Shown here: positions 27,401-39,625 of the stretch, in pieces
Layout: every line of letters begins with the position of its first letter
Position numbering within the stretch: position 1 is the first letter of the stretch
DNA from: Callorhinchus milii
Lineage: Eukaryota
Length of the DNA: 64,000 nt
Reading direction: 5' to 3'
Assembly: GCF_018977255.1 (NCBI RefSeq)
Contig: NW_024704743.1
Coordinates: forward strand, 107,510,001-107,574,000
Notes under the pieces: model-generated
What the model saw: only the letters and a program-made list of their open reading frames with translations
The model's database searches: none
What the model was told of the DNA's origin: nothing
Translations under genes and position numbers: made by a program

Positions 27401-27683
27401 AAATTTAGTACATTTATTCCTCTATTGATTTATCTCAGTGGTTATTCTTCCACCTGGCATTGATCTGCTTTAAAATGAAGTGTGATAAAAAGTCAACCAT
27501 CATTTCATCTTTGACCTTTCCTTGGGGTTCTCTTGTTTGTAAGAATTCAAAGTCTGTAACCTTTGCTTAAAAGAGATGCATGACAAAGAAATGTTTTTTT
27601 ATATTTAAAAAAATTCTTAAAAGTAGCTTTCTAAATGTCATTTGATCTTATACAAGTCTACAGTGTCAGGGATCATTATGTAC

Positions 27684-27796
27684 CTGGAGCTGCGAGATTG
27701 TTAAAGGGTATCGGAATAATATCCAAGTCACATTTTCACAGCATGGAGGAATGGTGAGAGAGCCTTCATACACCCAATAATCTCGAAGGAGTGGAT
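27684..27796 (-). CDS. CA8: CA8 coding exon 7 ([38 protein letters not shown])
   Basis: Acceptor atttag|, donor CAG|GTACAT, 113 nt. [10 protein letters not shown] motif is the CA8 version of YxGSLTTPP. Confidence 0.97.
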
Positions 27797-28016
27797 CTAA
27801 ATCATTGACAGATGGGACAAAAATGCAAAACAAGGCTTTATGTAATAATAATAAATAATAATAAAACAAGGCTTTAGAACATGAACAAAAAATGCCAGAG
27901 ATAATTCATCGCCTTTAATGAGATCTAATATCCATACCGAACAACTAGTGCATTTTGTAATTTTAAGACAAAAAATGAATGACTGAGTACTAATACAGGA
28001 GTAAATACATCCTTAC

Positions 28017-28065
28017 CAGGTAGTAGGGTGTTAGGATTGAAGCAGGGTAAGGTTTTTGATTTGCC
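28017..28065 (-). CDS. CA8: CA8 coding exon 6 (GKSKTLPCFNPNTLLP-D)
   Basis: Acceptor atttag|, donor CTG|GTAAGG, 49 nt. FNPNTLLP alpha-CA motif. Confidence 0.96.
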
Positions 28066-28478
28066 CTAAATTAAGAAAAAAATTAAAAAGATTGATTTTC
28101 ATGTAGAACAGTTACAAAGTGCTGTGAAAGTTAGTTCTGTTTATACCATATCGGTCTATCCTTCTCAAAGAACAAGGCATTTGACAGCCTTGAAATTCTG
28201 GCAGGGCTATTAATCATCTGTAACTTAGTTGGTCTGAGTGAATTCACAATACAATTTCAAGTTCATTTTGCTTCATTTTAGTGTGAAAATATATTGATGT
28301 ACAGATTGCAAATTTATACAACTCTACGACAAACCTTTACACTTTTGTTTCTAAGTTTAATAATATGCAAAGGCAGATAAGTTAAGTATTAACTCCCTAT
28401 CATCAGGATTCTGAATCAGCACAAAGGAAGCAGGTATTTTTATTTATGTGCAATGGGAAAAATGTTTTTGTATCTTAC

Positions 28479-28541
28479 CTTGTACTGAATTTCCTGAAGG
28501 ATTTCAGTGACTGCCTTCAGGCCCCAGTGTTCCTTTCCTAT
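28479..28541 (-). CDS. CA8: CA8 coding exon 5 ([21 protein letters not shown])
   Basis: Acceptor ttacag|, donor AAG|GTAAGA, 63 nt, in frame with neighbouring exons. Confidence 0.96.
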
Positions 28542-28618
28542 CTGTAATATGGAAAAAAGAATATTTCTTCACAAAGAGGGTTATGAGAATATTTGTAAAT
28601 GCAGAATCAATTGAATGT

Positions 28619-28980
28619 TCAGCCCTGTTAACCCTGCAAGACAAAGCCCTAATGGGTAGGGTGGTCCTAGCTGGACAAGCAGCAGGAAAGCTTGCCAGAC
28701 AGCGATATCAATGGTAAGCTATGCAGTTTTAGCTGGTCAGACTCCAGCAGTACCCAAACACACACTCTGGTGTCCCCAAGCCTTGGCTCTTGCCAACCTG
28801 CGCCTAATACTTTCTGGAATTGGGTAAGCAGGATGCGACTCTCCAGGGAGAGAGTTTGCATTCCATTCCAACAATCTGTCTCCAGGATTTCCATGTGTAG
28901 GTGGGATGCATGGAAATCTCAGTTTGGTTTGGACCCACGTGAGCATGGTGATGGGTTTCCACATGTGTCAAACATACAAC
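28619..28980 (-). repeat. Unclassified interspersed repeat, copy B (about 20 more bp after the SINE at 29302-29319)
   Basis: Reverse-complement match to 865-1246. Confidence 0.88.
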
Positions 28981-29301
28981 TAATAATAATAATAATCCTT
29001 GCATTTGATATAGCGCTTTTCACGTCGGGAAGACGTCCCAAAGCGCTTCACAGAACACACTGTGAAGTGAATTGACTGTATATTTGTGGGCGAACGCGGC
29101 AGCCAATTGCACACAGCAATGTCCCACAAACAGTCGTAGATTGAAAATGACCAATTTATTATTGTTTTGGGTTTTGGAGGGATTATTATTAGGTGTGTGG
29201 CGTAAGGAAACTTGCCCAAGGTTTCGCCCTCTGCCTGGAATTGAACTCAGGTCTCTCACTTGCAAAGCGAGTGCTCTAACCACTGAGCTGCAGGACTCCA
29301 C
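28981..29301 (-). mobile_element. Full-length young SINE inserted into an unclassified repeat
   Basis: Family match. ACAACT at 28976-28981 and 29300-29305 is a candidate target-site duplication. Confidence 0.92.
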
Positions 29302-29917
29302 AACTGTCCAAAAATAAATTGGAATGTTTAAAAAAGAAATGGTTAAAAAAAGCATTCAGGGAAATGGAACAGATTGGATCAAAAGATTAGTCACCATGTA
29401 ACAAAATGACAGAATAAGCTTCACAGTGAATGATTTCCACAGTTCCTGTGCTCACAAGGCCACAGTCCTGTAAGTCATGTGGCAAACAAAGTTTTTTTTA
29501 AAGAAAAGATTTAAAAAAAGATTATTTTGCAACCATCTCAATCCTTACCCAAAATCTAATTATCTGATCAAAGTGAAATATATCAACTTTGCAAGCGCTA
29601 CTGATTATTTGCTGATTGGTAATTTTGCTGACATTGATATTACTCCACATTGATATACACCCCAAAACTATGGAACACTTTTCCTCTGTCCCGCCTCTTC
29701 CTATCTCATTTTCATGTTGAACCTCCAACTCCTTGGGACGTCCTTCCGTTGTGAAAGGCGCTATACAAACGTAATTTGTTGTTGACCTTTCTCTTCGACC
29801 TTGCCTATGGTCACCTACCACCCCCAGCTCAGCGCTCCAACACTGTCAAGCACTCTGGGATGCTACCAGCGCTGAACCAACCATTTACATTAAGCATGAA
29901 AACTTTAGCAATAAAGT

Positions 29918-30283
29918 TGTGGAGTCCTGTAGCTCGATGGTTAGAGCCCTCACTTCGCAAGCGAGAAACCTGGATTCGATTCCTGGCAGGGCAACGTGTT
30001 GGGCAAGTCTCTTTACTCCACATGCCTCTGTTTACCTAACAATAAGTAGGAACCCAGCTGTTAGTTGATTGGCGGATCATTTTTCTGGGGGTAATATTTC
30101 TTTCAAAAAAATGAATTGGTCAGTTGAATCCAGGACTGTTTGCAGGACACTGCTGTGCACAATTGGCTGCCGCTTATTGCCCAGAATATATACAGTCAAT
30201 TCACTTTACAGTATATTCTGTGAAGCGCTTTGAGATGTCTCGAAGACATGATAAAGCGCTATATCAAATACAAGGATTATTAT
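29918..30283 (+). mobile_element. tRNA-derived SINE, long subtype
   Basis: Same head and 3' half as the short subtype, plus an extra ~60 bp (ctgtttacctaacaataagtaggaaccc...tttctggggg). Confidence 0.88.
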
Positions 30284-30388
30284 AAGCTTAATTTTAATGA
30301 TATAGGTTATATTGTAAACTAATGTGTGGGACTGGAACCAGTGTGAATGGAGAGAAAATATACTGACCATGTAAATAATCCAATTTAT

Positions 30389-30691
30389 AAATAATAATAA
30401 TAATAATAATCCTTGCATTTGATATAGCGCTTTTCACGTCGGGAGGACGTCCCAAAGCGCTTCACAGAACACACTGTGAAGTGAATTGACTGTATATTTG
30501 TGGGCGAACGCGGCAGCCAATTGCGCACAGCAATGTCCCACAGACAGTCGTGGATTAAAAATGACCAATTTATTATTGTTTGGTTTTGGAGGGATTATTA
30601 TTATTGTGGAGTAAGGAAACTTGCCCAAGGTTTCGCCCTGACCTGCCTGGGATTGAACTCAGGTCTCTCACTTGCAAAGCGAGTGCTCTCA
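30389..30691 (-). mobile_element. Young SINE, short subtype, slightly 5' truncated
   Basis: Family match; tail-to-tail with 29918-30283. Confidence 0.92.
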
Positions 30692-31220
30692 CTCAACGAA
30701 TACCCGTCAACGATGTAGTACCCATGTTCTTAGGCAGAAAACACCTCTGTACTCTATTCAATTGCTGCACAATTACAGATCCATAACCTTTCCCCACCCC
30801 CAATCGCCAAACTCATTAACATCAACCCTACTAACATCAATATGCCTGTTCTCAAATGCACAATGCTGCACAAGTTCCTCCTAAAATACCTTTATCTAGG
30901 TCCTAACAAGCCAAATTGGCCCATTTACCCAAGTTTTATATTGCTTTTGGAGGGATAAGAATGCTGGAGGAACTCTACACTGTTGAATCATTCATTTTTA
31001 CTGCATCTCCCGAGATCGAAGCTAAAATTAGTGACAGGAGGGATGTCATCCCATTGTGACCAGGACTCACTGCATCTGAGTTTGGTCAAAATTCAGAGCT
31101 ATGTCTGAATTGGTTATGGGCTAAATCAGTCTTTAAGGCATTCAGAATATTTAAGTATAAAAGAAGCCAAAATACACCCATTTTATCAGAACATTATTGT
31201 TGAAAAGAAAAAAATACACA

Positions 31221-31648
31221 ATAACAACAACAAGATTCCATTTATTGAGCGCCTTTCACGTCGGGAGGACGTCCCAAAGCGCTGTACAGTTGGGTCAGGA
31301 CCCAAGCAGGGGGGAAATGGTCAGGGTGAGGGAAGGGAGGGAGCGAGGAGGGGGTAGAGAGTCGAGAGGGGAGCTGAAGGCACGGTCAAAGAGAAAGGTC
31401 TTGAGACCGGCCTTGAAGGAGGAAAGGGAGGAAGCAAGGCGAAGGCACTGGGGATAGAGTTCCAGAGCCTAAGGGATGAGAGGCTGAAGGCCCGGCCACC
31501 GATAGTAGGGCGGTTGGGGCGGGGGATGTGGAGCAGACCGGAGCCAGAGGAACGGAGGGTACGGGCGGGTAGGTCGGGGGATAGTAGGTCAGAGAGGTAG
31601 GAGGGAGCAAGGCTGTGAATGGCCTTGTAGGTGAGGATCTTGAATTCG
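31221..31648 (-). mobile_element. Young 5'-truncated L2
   Basis: Near-identical to 56272-56710. Confidence 0.9.
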
Positions 31649-32671
31649 AGTATACAGATTAAAGCATTGTTCTAATGTTTAAACTCATGTTAACAGTTAA
31701 TGGATAACAAAAAGCAGTAAGTTTAAATGGGGCTTTGTTTACATGGCAAAGTACTTGCTTCAGTTTATGTACTTTATCTCTGAAAGAAAAAAAGCTCTTT
31801 TTAAAATGACCACATACTTCATGTAGCTAATTTGTAATGATCCAGGAATGATTATTATTAAACAATAGTAACAACAACAAGATTACATTTGTATAGCGCC
31901 TTTCATGTTGGGAGCACATCCCAAGGCGCAAGTACAGGGCAACACACAACGCAGTGGTCTGGGTCCATAAACACAGACGCTGCATTAAAATGAAACACAA
32001 AAATTGGCCACCTTGTTACTGTAAAGCGCTCTGAGACGCCGTCCGGTGTGGAGAGCGCTGTATAAATCCAAGTTGTTGTTATCAGGTCCCTGCCAACATG
32101 ACTTACTGCACATATGCACACTATATTCAGGAAGCGCGACTTCCTGCCCTATGGACAACAGATGGTGCCACTTACTAAACAAATTGACATCAGCAGTGCA
32201 TCCTGCATTCTGTGTGCATGCACAGGAGATGATGTTTGTGGACTTCATTACATATACTATATGATGACACAGGTGACTGCTGACAATGGTGGCTCATCAG
32301 CACTGGAAAACAAGGTGCACCACAATTCCGGTATAGCCATGGTCCATTGTATCACAACAACAAGTTACATTTGTATAAGGCCTTTCATGTCAGGAGGACA
32401 TCCTAAGGTGCTGGACAGTCAGGGATCTGCATTCGAGCTGGTGGTTGGGACCAGGAGGGCTAGAGGGCAGGAAGGGTAGGGGTAGGAGTGTGATCGAAAG
32501 CACGGTCAAAGAGGAGGGTCTTGGGAAGGAGGTAAGAATTATGAATGGACCCACACTATAAGAGACCCAGCACTAAACCAAGGTGCATCATAACTGAGTC
32601 GCCCTGTATACTGCAGAAGCTAACAGCCAACAACAGATATGTTTGGCAAATTAGGAATTTCACATTAAGAC

Positions 32672-33004
32672 TGTGGAGTCCTGTAGCTCAGTGGTTAGAG
32701 CACTCGCTTTGCAAGTGAGAGACCTGAGTTCAATCCCAGGCAGAGGGCGAAACCTTGGGCAAGTTTCCTTACTCCACACGCCTAATAATAATCCCTCCAA
32801 AAAAACCAAAAACAATAATTAAATTGGTCATTTTCAATCTACGACTGTTTGTGGGACATTGCTGTGCGCAATTGGCTGCCGCGTTCGCCCACAAATATAC
32901 AGTCAATTCACTTTACAGTGTGTTCTGTGAAGCGCTTTGGGACGTCCTCCCGACGTGAAAAGCGCTATATCAAATGCAAGGATTATTATTATTATTATTA
33001 TTAT
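32672..33004 (+). mobile_element. Full-length young tRNA(Ala)-like SINE
   Basis: Complete head, body, stem-loop tail and (TTA)n. Confidence 0.94.
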
Positions 33005-33819
33005 CTATCAAAGTGCATTTCTTATTATTTACGTACTTTCCCATATTTCACAGTTATATTTCCAGTGACCCTCAGCTGCATGTAGCACTGGGCTTTCTCT
33101 CTGGAACTCCAAGAGAAACCAGTGTAATAAATAGAGGCCTATTTATATTAAAAATTACCCTCTATGAATTTAGATTGAACAATTTTACACAGGGAATATT
33201 GCATTTATGAAATGGGCTACTCAGGGAAGTGATGCTAGGACTGTGTCAATAAATCCAAGTGGGAATTTGATAGCTATTTGACAAAAAAAAACTGAGTATT
33301 ATTAGAGACAAAGCAATATTTCCAATTTTGTTTTACTTTTAACGGATCCCAAATCTTTGCTGTCCCCTGTATATATTAAATTAGTAAACTTGTTTCACGT
33401 AGGAACTGCACTTCCCCAGGTTTGAAATCCAAGAGATTCTCTCCACCCCAGTACATTTGTTCTAAACTATTAATGCCAGTTATTTAGAATCTCCAGTTCC
33501 TTGTTTGAAATAAAGTAAATCTTTAAATGTATTTTTCTCTGTTTGTTCTGCTGGGTCTCTCGAAACAAATTACACACCCCGTCAAGAGGGCAAATGGGTA
33601 AACCGCCAGCTGGCTTCTGCCAATCTCAATCTTGAACCAGCCACTATTATACTGTGCACATTTTGGCAGCATTTTTGGCAACAATTTGCTACCTAATGTG
33701 TAGCAGTAACAAGGACATGCACAGAAACCATCTGAGGAGGAGATTTAAGCAGCGATGAAATTTATGCCTGGCTAGCTCCCCAAGCTCCATTCAAAGCTTT
33801 GACAGCCAATGAACATTTT

Positions 33820-34045
33820 ATAATAATACTTACATTTGATATTGCTACTTCCACTTCAGGATATCTCAAAGCACTTCACAGGATATACCGTAAAATTGTA
33901 ATGGACTATGTATGTCGTACTTGAATGCAGCAACCAATTTGCGCATAGCAATGCCCCACAGAGCCACAAAGTGAATGATTAATTTTACTTGGGGAATTGT
34001 TGGCCAGGACACTGGGAGAAACGCCAATCTCTTTTCGAATAGTTC
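33820..34045 (-). mobile_element. Deu-domain SINE fragment
   Basis: ttggccaggacactgggagaaac...ttttcgaatag plus the shared 3' half. Confidence 0.7.
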
Positions 34046-34273
34046 TGATCTTGTTCGGCGCATTTAGCAAAGCATACGCTCCAAATACCACACTTAGATG
34101 CTTAAGAGTTTGTTTCAGTCTGATTGAAAGTAATCTGGCGCAGCCAATAGAAGCCTGGCTTCCCACTTGCTCCACAATACTGTACCTGCTGAGCACTGGA
34201 TGGTGCACAACAGATGCCTGATTAATTTAACCACTTACTTCCTGTTTTGATGAGGGAAGACTGGTTGGCCTCC

Positions 34274-34655
34274 AATAATAATACTTGCATTTTGTATAAC
34301 CACCTTTCACGTCGGAAGGCTCTCCTAAAGTGCTTCACAGGATTTACTGTGAAGTGGAGTGACTGTATATTTGTGGGCAAATTCAGCAGCAAATTTGTTC
34401 ACAGCAACATCCCACAAAAAGCCATGAAGTGAATGACCAATATTATCAGGGGGATTGGTGGCCAGGACACCAGGTGAAACTCCTCTCCCTTTTTGAATAG
34501 TGTCATGAGAGCTTTGCAATCCACCTGAACAGGCAAACAGGGCCTTGGTTTTCACATCTCACTTGAAAGATGACACCTCCAACAATGCAACACCGTCCCA
34601 TGTTAGCTTAGACTATGTGAGGTCACATCCTGGCATGGGGCTTGAACCCACAACC
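34274..34655 (-). mobile_element. Deu-domain SINE, near full length
   Basis: Tail, Deu segment (tggccaggacaccagg...gaatagtgtcatg...tccacctg) and B-box region (cttgaacccacaacc). Confidence 0.78.
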
Positions 34656-35648
34656 AGGTAGCAGACTCAAATTTTATCTAAATTTATTCATTTATTATTT
34701 ATTCATTTTACATCAGTTCTATGCTGTCTCAGTTCCATGACTATTAACAGGGGACAGGAAGCACTTTGAGGTAAGAATATTTTTTATAATATTTTTAAAG
34801 AAAGAATATTGAGACGTGTGAAGACTTTATAACTGCAAGTTGTTGTTGAGTTTGTGCTTGTAATTTGTGGGAGAATGTGGCAATAGTAATTTTTCCATTT
34901 GGAAGATCTCCAAAAGTATGGACCAATTTTATTTAAATTTCCATATAAATAAAATACTGTATCCCTTTTACTTACAGAGATTGGGTTAAGTAACAGCTTT
35001 AACACATTATTTTCCTTTGTATACGTCAGTAAAAATGCAGTCTTATTTCTAAAAGGATTATTCAACAATTGATGCATGTTAAGCAATAACTTGGAATGTT
35101 TTCTAGTAAAACTGTTATATTAAGAGGCTAAGCAAGAAACTTTTTTCTTATTGTTGTCAATGTCGGTACCAATTGTAACTGCTGCTGCCTCAAGAATTCA
35201 GAAGAGATTACTGAAGTTCACCAACTTAATGCACTTTCAATTCCCCATTCTCTCAATGTTTCTGTCAGTTTCTGATACCCGCCAGACTACCTCGAGATTT
35301 ATTGCCACTAACCATACTTGCAGTAGCAATGCACAATTGTTTATCGGTCACAGATCATTTTACACTGTGGCCCTATTTCATCAGGTAACTTGAGTTCACA
35401 CTGTCCAATGAGGCCAGGAGCTCTGAGGGAGGCAACACCATATTTAGCTCAGGATATCAAGTAGAGTTGCATTCTTTTTATCAGTCAAATTCAGAACGAT
35501 GAGATTTTCTGCCTATTTTCTCACCTTGTGCTCTACCAAGGCACTGTGTAAATAGATGGTACATGGAGGCAGCCAAGCCGATTGACTCTGATACCACATT
35601 CTATTCTCTGGAAAAGAGAATTATCATGTTAAACAATAGAATGATTAC

Positions 35649-35744
35649 CTGAACAAACAAAGCAATGATAGCTATTCCATTTTTCTTCCCCAGAGCTTCA
35701 TCAATGCTGTTGAACAGAGTTGAATTCCAGTGGATAAGATGGAG
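35649..35744 (-). CDS. CA8: CA8 coding exon 4 ([32 protein letters not shown])
   Basis: Not shown in this frame by the ORF track; read manually on the minus strand. Acceptor ttccag|, donor CAG|GTAATC, 96 nt, phase 0/0. Completes the ELHLIHW motif. Confidence 0.97.
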
Positions 35745-35799
35745 CTGGAAATATAAGATTGCAGATATTGAAAATGTACAATTTTAAAAAAAAATTCAT

Positions 35800-36075
35800 A
35801 CATTTGGTACAGTACGTTCCATACCAGGAGAACATCCAAAAGTGCTTCACAGGATATACTGTAATGTGTAGTGCATTTGTAGGCAAACAGAGGCCAATTT
35901 GTACACAGAAATGTCCCACAATGAAGGAGCAAATTGCCAACTTTATTTGGAGGTTTGTTGTCCAGGACACTGGGATAAACTTCATTCTCTCTTCTAATAA
36001 ATGCAATGGGATCTTCAATGTCCACCTGAATAAGCAGCTAGGACATTGTTTATTAACATTTCATCCAAAGGACAG
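35800..36075 (-). mobile_element. Deu-domain SINE fragment near the exon 4 acceptor
   Basis: tccaggacactggga...aatgggatcttcaatgtccacctg. Confidence 0.68.
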
Positions 36076-36589
36076 AGTGGATTCACAAGGTGTTTTTGCC
36101 CCTGAAGTTTATGTAATAATAATGATGATATTGCAATACAGTTTACACTTATATCGCACGTTCACATTGGGAGGATGTCCCAAAAGCTTTGACAATTCTT
36201 CTGGGCAACGGAGCAGGGGAAGGGGGTCTTAGAGGTGAAAGATGACCACAGTTAAAGTGGGATGTTTTGAAGTGTACATTGAAAGAGGGGAGGGAACAAG
36301 TCAGATGGGCCTGAGAGTGGCGTTTCAGAGAGATTATATTGAAAATAAATGCAAACAAGAAGCAGTTGGAACAATTGTGAAAAGAGTACATGTCTTCCAA
36401 GGATACCTCTGAGGTATTCTGGAAGCCCAGAGAACTTGGGATGAATTGTACATGGCACCAATAGGAAAGTGACATATTTTCTTAGATATGCTGGTACCTT
36501 GGAACAGCAAGCAATGTTTAATAGCATTCCAGTCAATGGCAAGCAAATAGTGTGTAAAACCTCACTATTGTAACCTTACCATTGAGTTG

Positions 36590-36930
36590 GTAATGATTCT
36601 TGCATTTGAAATAGTGCTTTATCACTCTGTTAAGAATCTCAAAGACTTATTGTAGTGAGTATTGTGCATTTGTAAGTAGAAAAAGCAGTCAATTTGCATA
36701 TAGCTATGAAACTCATTATATTTGAATAATGCCATTGGATATTTAATGTTCACCTGAACAGGGAGACAGGACTTCAGTTTAATGTTTCATTTGAAGGATG
36801 TACCTCGTGTAGCTCTGAGATGGTGTATCAGCCTAGATTGTGGGGTGAGCTCATTGTCTCAACATGGTGTTTGAACCCACAACCGTCTGACTCAGAGGCA
36901 AGAGTGCTATTAACTAAAACCAGGCTGACA
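36590..36930 (-). mobile_element. Diverged Deu-domain SINE with tRNA-like head
   Basis: gaataatgccattggatatttaatgttcacctg, then ttgaacccacaaccgtctgactcagaggcaagagtgcta. Confidence 0.68.
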
Positions 36931-36944
36931 TCCTTACATAGTTA

Positions 36945-37262
36945 TAATAATAATAATAATCCTTGCATTTGATATAGCGCTTTTCACGTCGGGAGGACGT
37001 CCCAAAGCGCTTCACAGAACACACTGTAAAGTGAATTGACTGTATATTTGTGGGCGAACGCGGCAGCCAATTGCGCACAGCAATGTCCCACAAACAGTCG
37101 TGGATTGAAAATGACCAATTTATTATTGTTTTTTGGTTTTGGAGGGATTATTATTAGGCATGTGGAGTTAGGAAACTTGCCCAAGGTTTCGCCCTGCCTG
37201 GAATTGAACTCAGGTCTCTAGCTTGCAAAGCGAGTGCTCAACCACTGAGCTACAGGACTCCA
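36945..37262 (-). mobile_element. Full-length young tRNA(Ala)-like SINE
   Basis: Family match in reverse complement. Confidence 0.93.
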
Positions 37263-38889
37263 AATTAACAGGATTAACATATCGTGTTTCATCCAAGTTT
37301 TAGTTAATCTTAAAAACATAAGAAAAGGAATGAGGAACAGTCATTCAAGCTACAGAACCTAGAAATGTACAGAAGGTGGCCATTTGGACTAATGAGTGTA
37401 TGCTGACCATCTGAACGAGCAATCTACTCAGTCCCATTTACCTGCCTTTATAAGAACCATAGAAACTAATCCACTGGCCAAGTATTATTTGTCTCATGAA
37501 ATCTATCCAAAGCTATTCCCAAGCAAGGGAATCAATCAACTGCAGGTAAAACCTGAGCAAAGATACTGTTTGTGAAATTTAATTCACAGGTAATCAAGGG
37601 AAACTTCAGAACATGACTCTAAATTTACAAGAAATGCTATTCAACTCCCACCAGCTGCATTCTATAAATGACTCGCTTAAATCCTGGCAGCACCACCCGG
37701 AAAGTATCAAGTATCATTCTTATATAATCTTATTGTCTTCAATTCTTTTCTTGAAAAATATACTTATTTTGTTTGGTTTTCAATAAAGAAGTTAATTGGC
37801 TGCTGTTGCTGACGGTCTTTTGCAGATTTGTGAGGTCTTGGAGTCACTTTTCAGCTTTAAAATCCCACAATCATGTTGGCCATTGTTTTTCTCTGAACTT
37901 TCCAATGCATCCATTTGCTAAGTGCTTCACAAATGACTGGATATTTCAACAAATCGTAATAATAGCAATCTGATTGCTTTCCTTTCGTGCTTTCCTAAAC
38001 AACATCATAGACTTGTTTCAACATCTCATGATTTTTTTTCCCCCTCAACTTAACTACTTTCATATGAAATCGCATTTACCATTCTTTTGCCTGTTCATTT
38101 AAATTAGATTTCTTTGAATTATATCAATCTCTCTCCCAATAGATAACTGGTCACATTGATTGTTGGTTAAAAAAATAGATTAACACAAGTGATCGTCATC
38201 AACGTGATCATTTCTTGCCCTCAACTCACTTATGTTAGAAAGGGAGGGCAAGGTGCTTAAAACAGTATAGGGGAAAGAAAAATAAGAGCCAATAGATGTG
38301 GCTGAAACTACAGTTCAGGCTTAGCATACAGGTTAGAGAAGTACATAAGAGTCTTAAAATTGTTGCCAACAACCACAAATTGAATTGTGATCATCATAGA
38401 TTGGTCTAACCACAAGTCATGCAAAGCTATCCTTGATTCAGCTGCTGACTCGCCTTCAAATCATTTCATGCCCTTACACCTCCCAACCTCTCCAACCTGC
38501 TTAAACCCCACCCATCTGCCCCCCCCCCCCCACCACCCCACAACACACACAGTTTGAAACATTATTCAAGGCAAGATTATTTATATTCACGAGTGGTGAC
38601 AAACACTTATATTTTCTGATCAAAACTGCAGAACTAAACCTTTGTTAGTGGTAGTCAACAACAAAATTATATTGTATAGGGCCTTTCACATCAGGAGGAT
38701 GTCCCAAGGAATGAAAGAGTAATCCCAGTTTTATGATAATTGTTACATATCATATGGGGATTTTTTTTAAAAAAGAAGAAAATTACATTATGCTTTTCTT
38801 AAGATGAAAAAAATTACAACGTTCTAAACAGATATTCCTTCAGTTCATGATTCACAATCCTTAAATGTCTACTTTAATCTGGTCCTTAC

Positions 38890-39014
38890 CTCCATGGGAA
38901 AGGCTTTAAAATTCACAGTATGTTCAGAGCCACGCTGGTTCTCTTTACCCCAGTGAAATCGAACTTCATGCAATTCATATTCATGATTTCTAAGCAAAGG
39001 GCCACCACTTAAAA
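38890..39014 (-). CDS. CA8: CA8 coding exon 3 ([42 protein letters not shown])
   Basis: Acceptor ttgcag|, donor GAG|GTAAGG, 125 nt. EVRFHWG has Arg in place of the first zinc-binding His; GSEHT motif present. Confidence 0.97.
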
Positions 39015-39245
39015 CTGCAACAGAGAAATGCAAAAGTATTGATAATAAATAATAAAGTAACACTAAATAATAAAGTAACATTAAATTCATCTACAACAGA
39101 TTGTAAAACTTCAGCTGTCACAATTTTAAAATTTAAAAATTTAAGAAAAATATAAGGATATGCAAAACTATAGGAGAAGTTTTATGAAGTGATATTCTGG
39201 AACCAAATGCTCAGAATCTGAGTGCAAGTAAAAAGCTAAAAGTAA

Positions 39246-39625
39246 ACAACAATTTACACTTGCATAGAGCCCTTCACGTTGGAAAGGCATCCCAGGGCCT
39301 GGACAATAATAATAATAATAATATAATTATTACAATCAGGGTTTTTGGACCCGAGCTGGGGTCAGAAGGGGAGGAGGGTAGGGGGGAATGGGGGTGGGAG
39401 GCTGGCCGAAGGCACAGTCAAAGAGGAAGGTCTTCAGAAGGGACTTAAAGGAAGCAAGCGAGGGGGTGAGGCGGAGGGATTGCAGGATAGAGTTGAGTGT
39501 GGGGGCAGAGATGCTGAATGGTGGGGCGGGAAGTGCGGGGGATCTGAAGTAGGCCGGTGTCTACCAAGCGGAGGGACCAGACAGGCTGGTATGAGGTTAT
39601 GAGAATGGAGAGGCAGATTTTGGAG
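39246..39625 (-). mobile_element. Diverged L2 3' fragment
   Basis: Tail plus G-rich L2 3' region. Confidence 0.7.
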
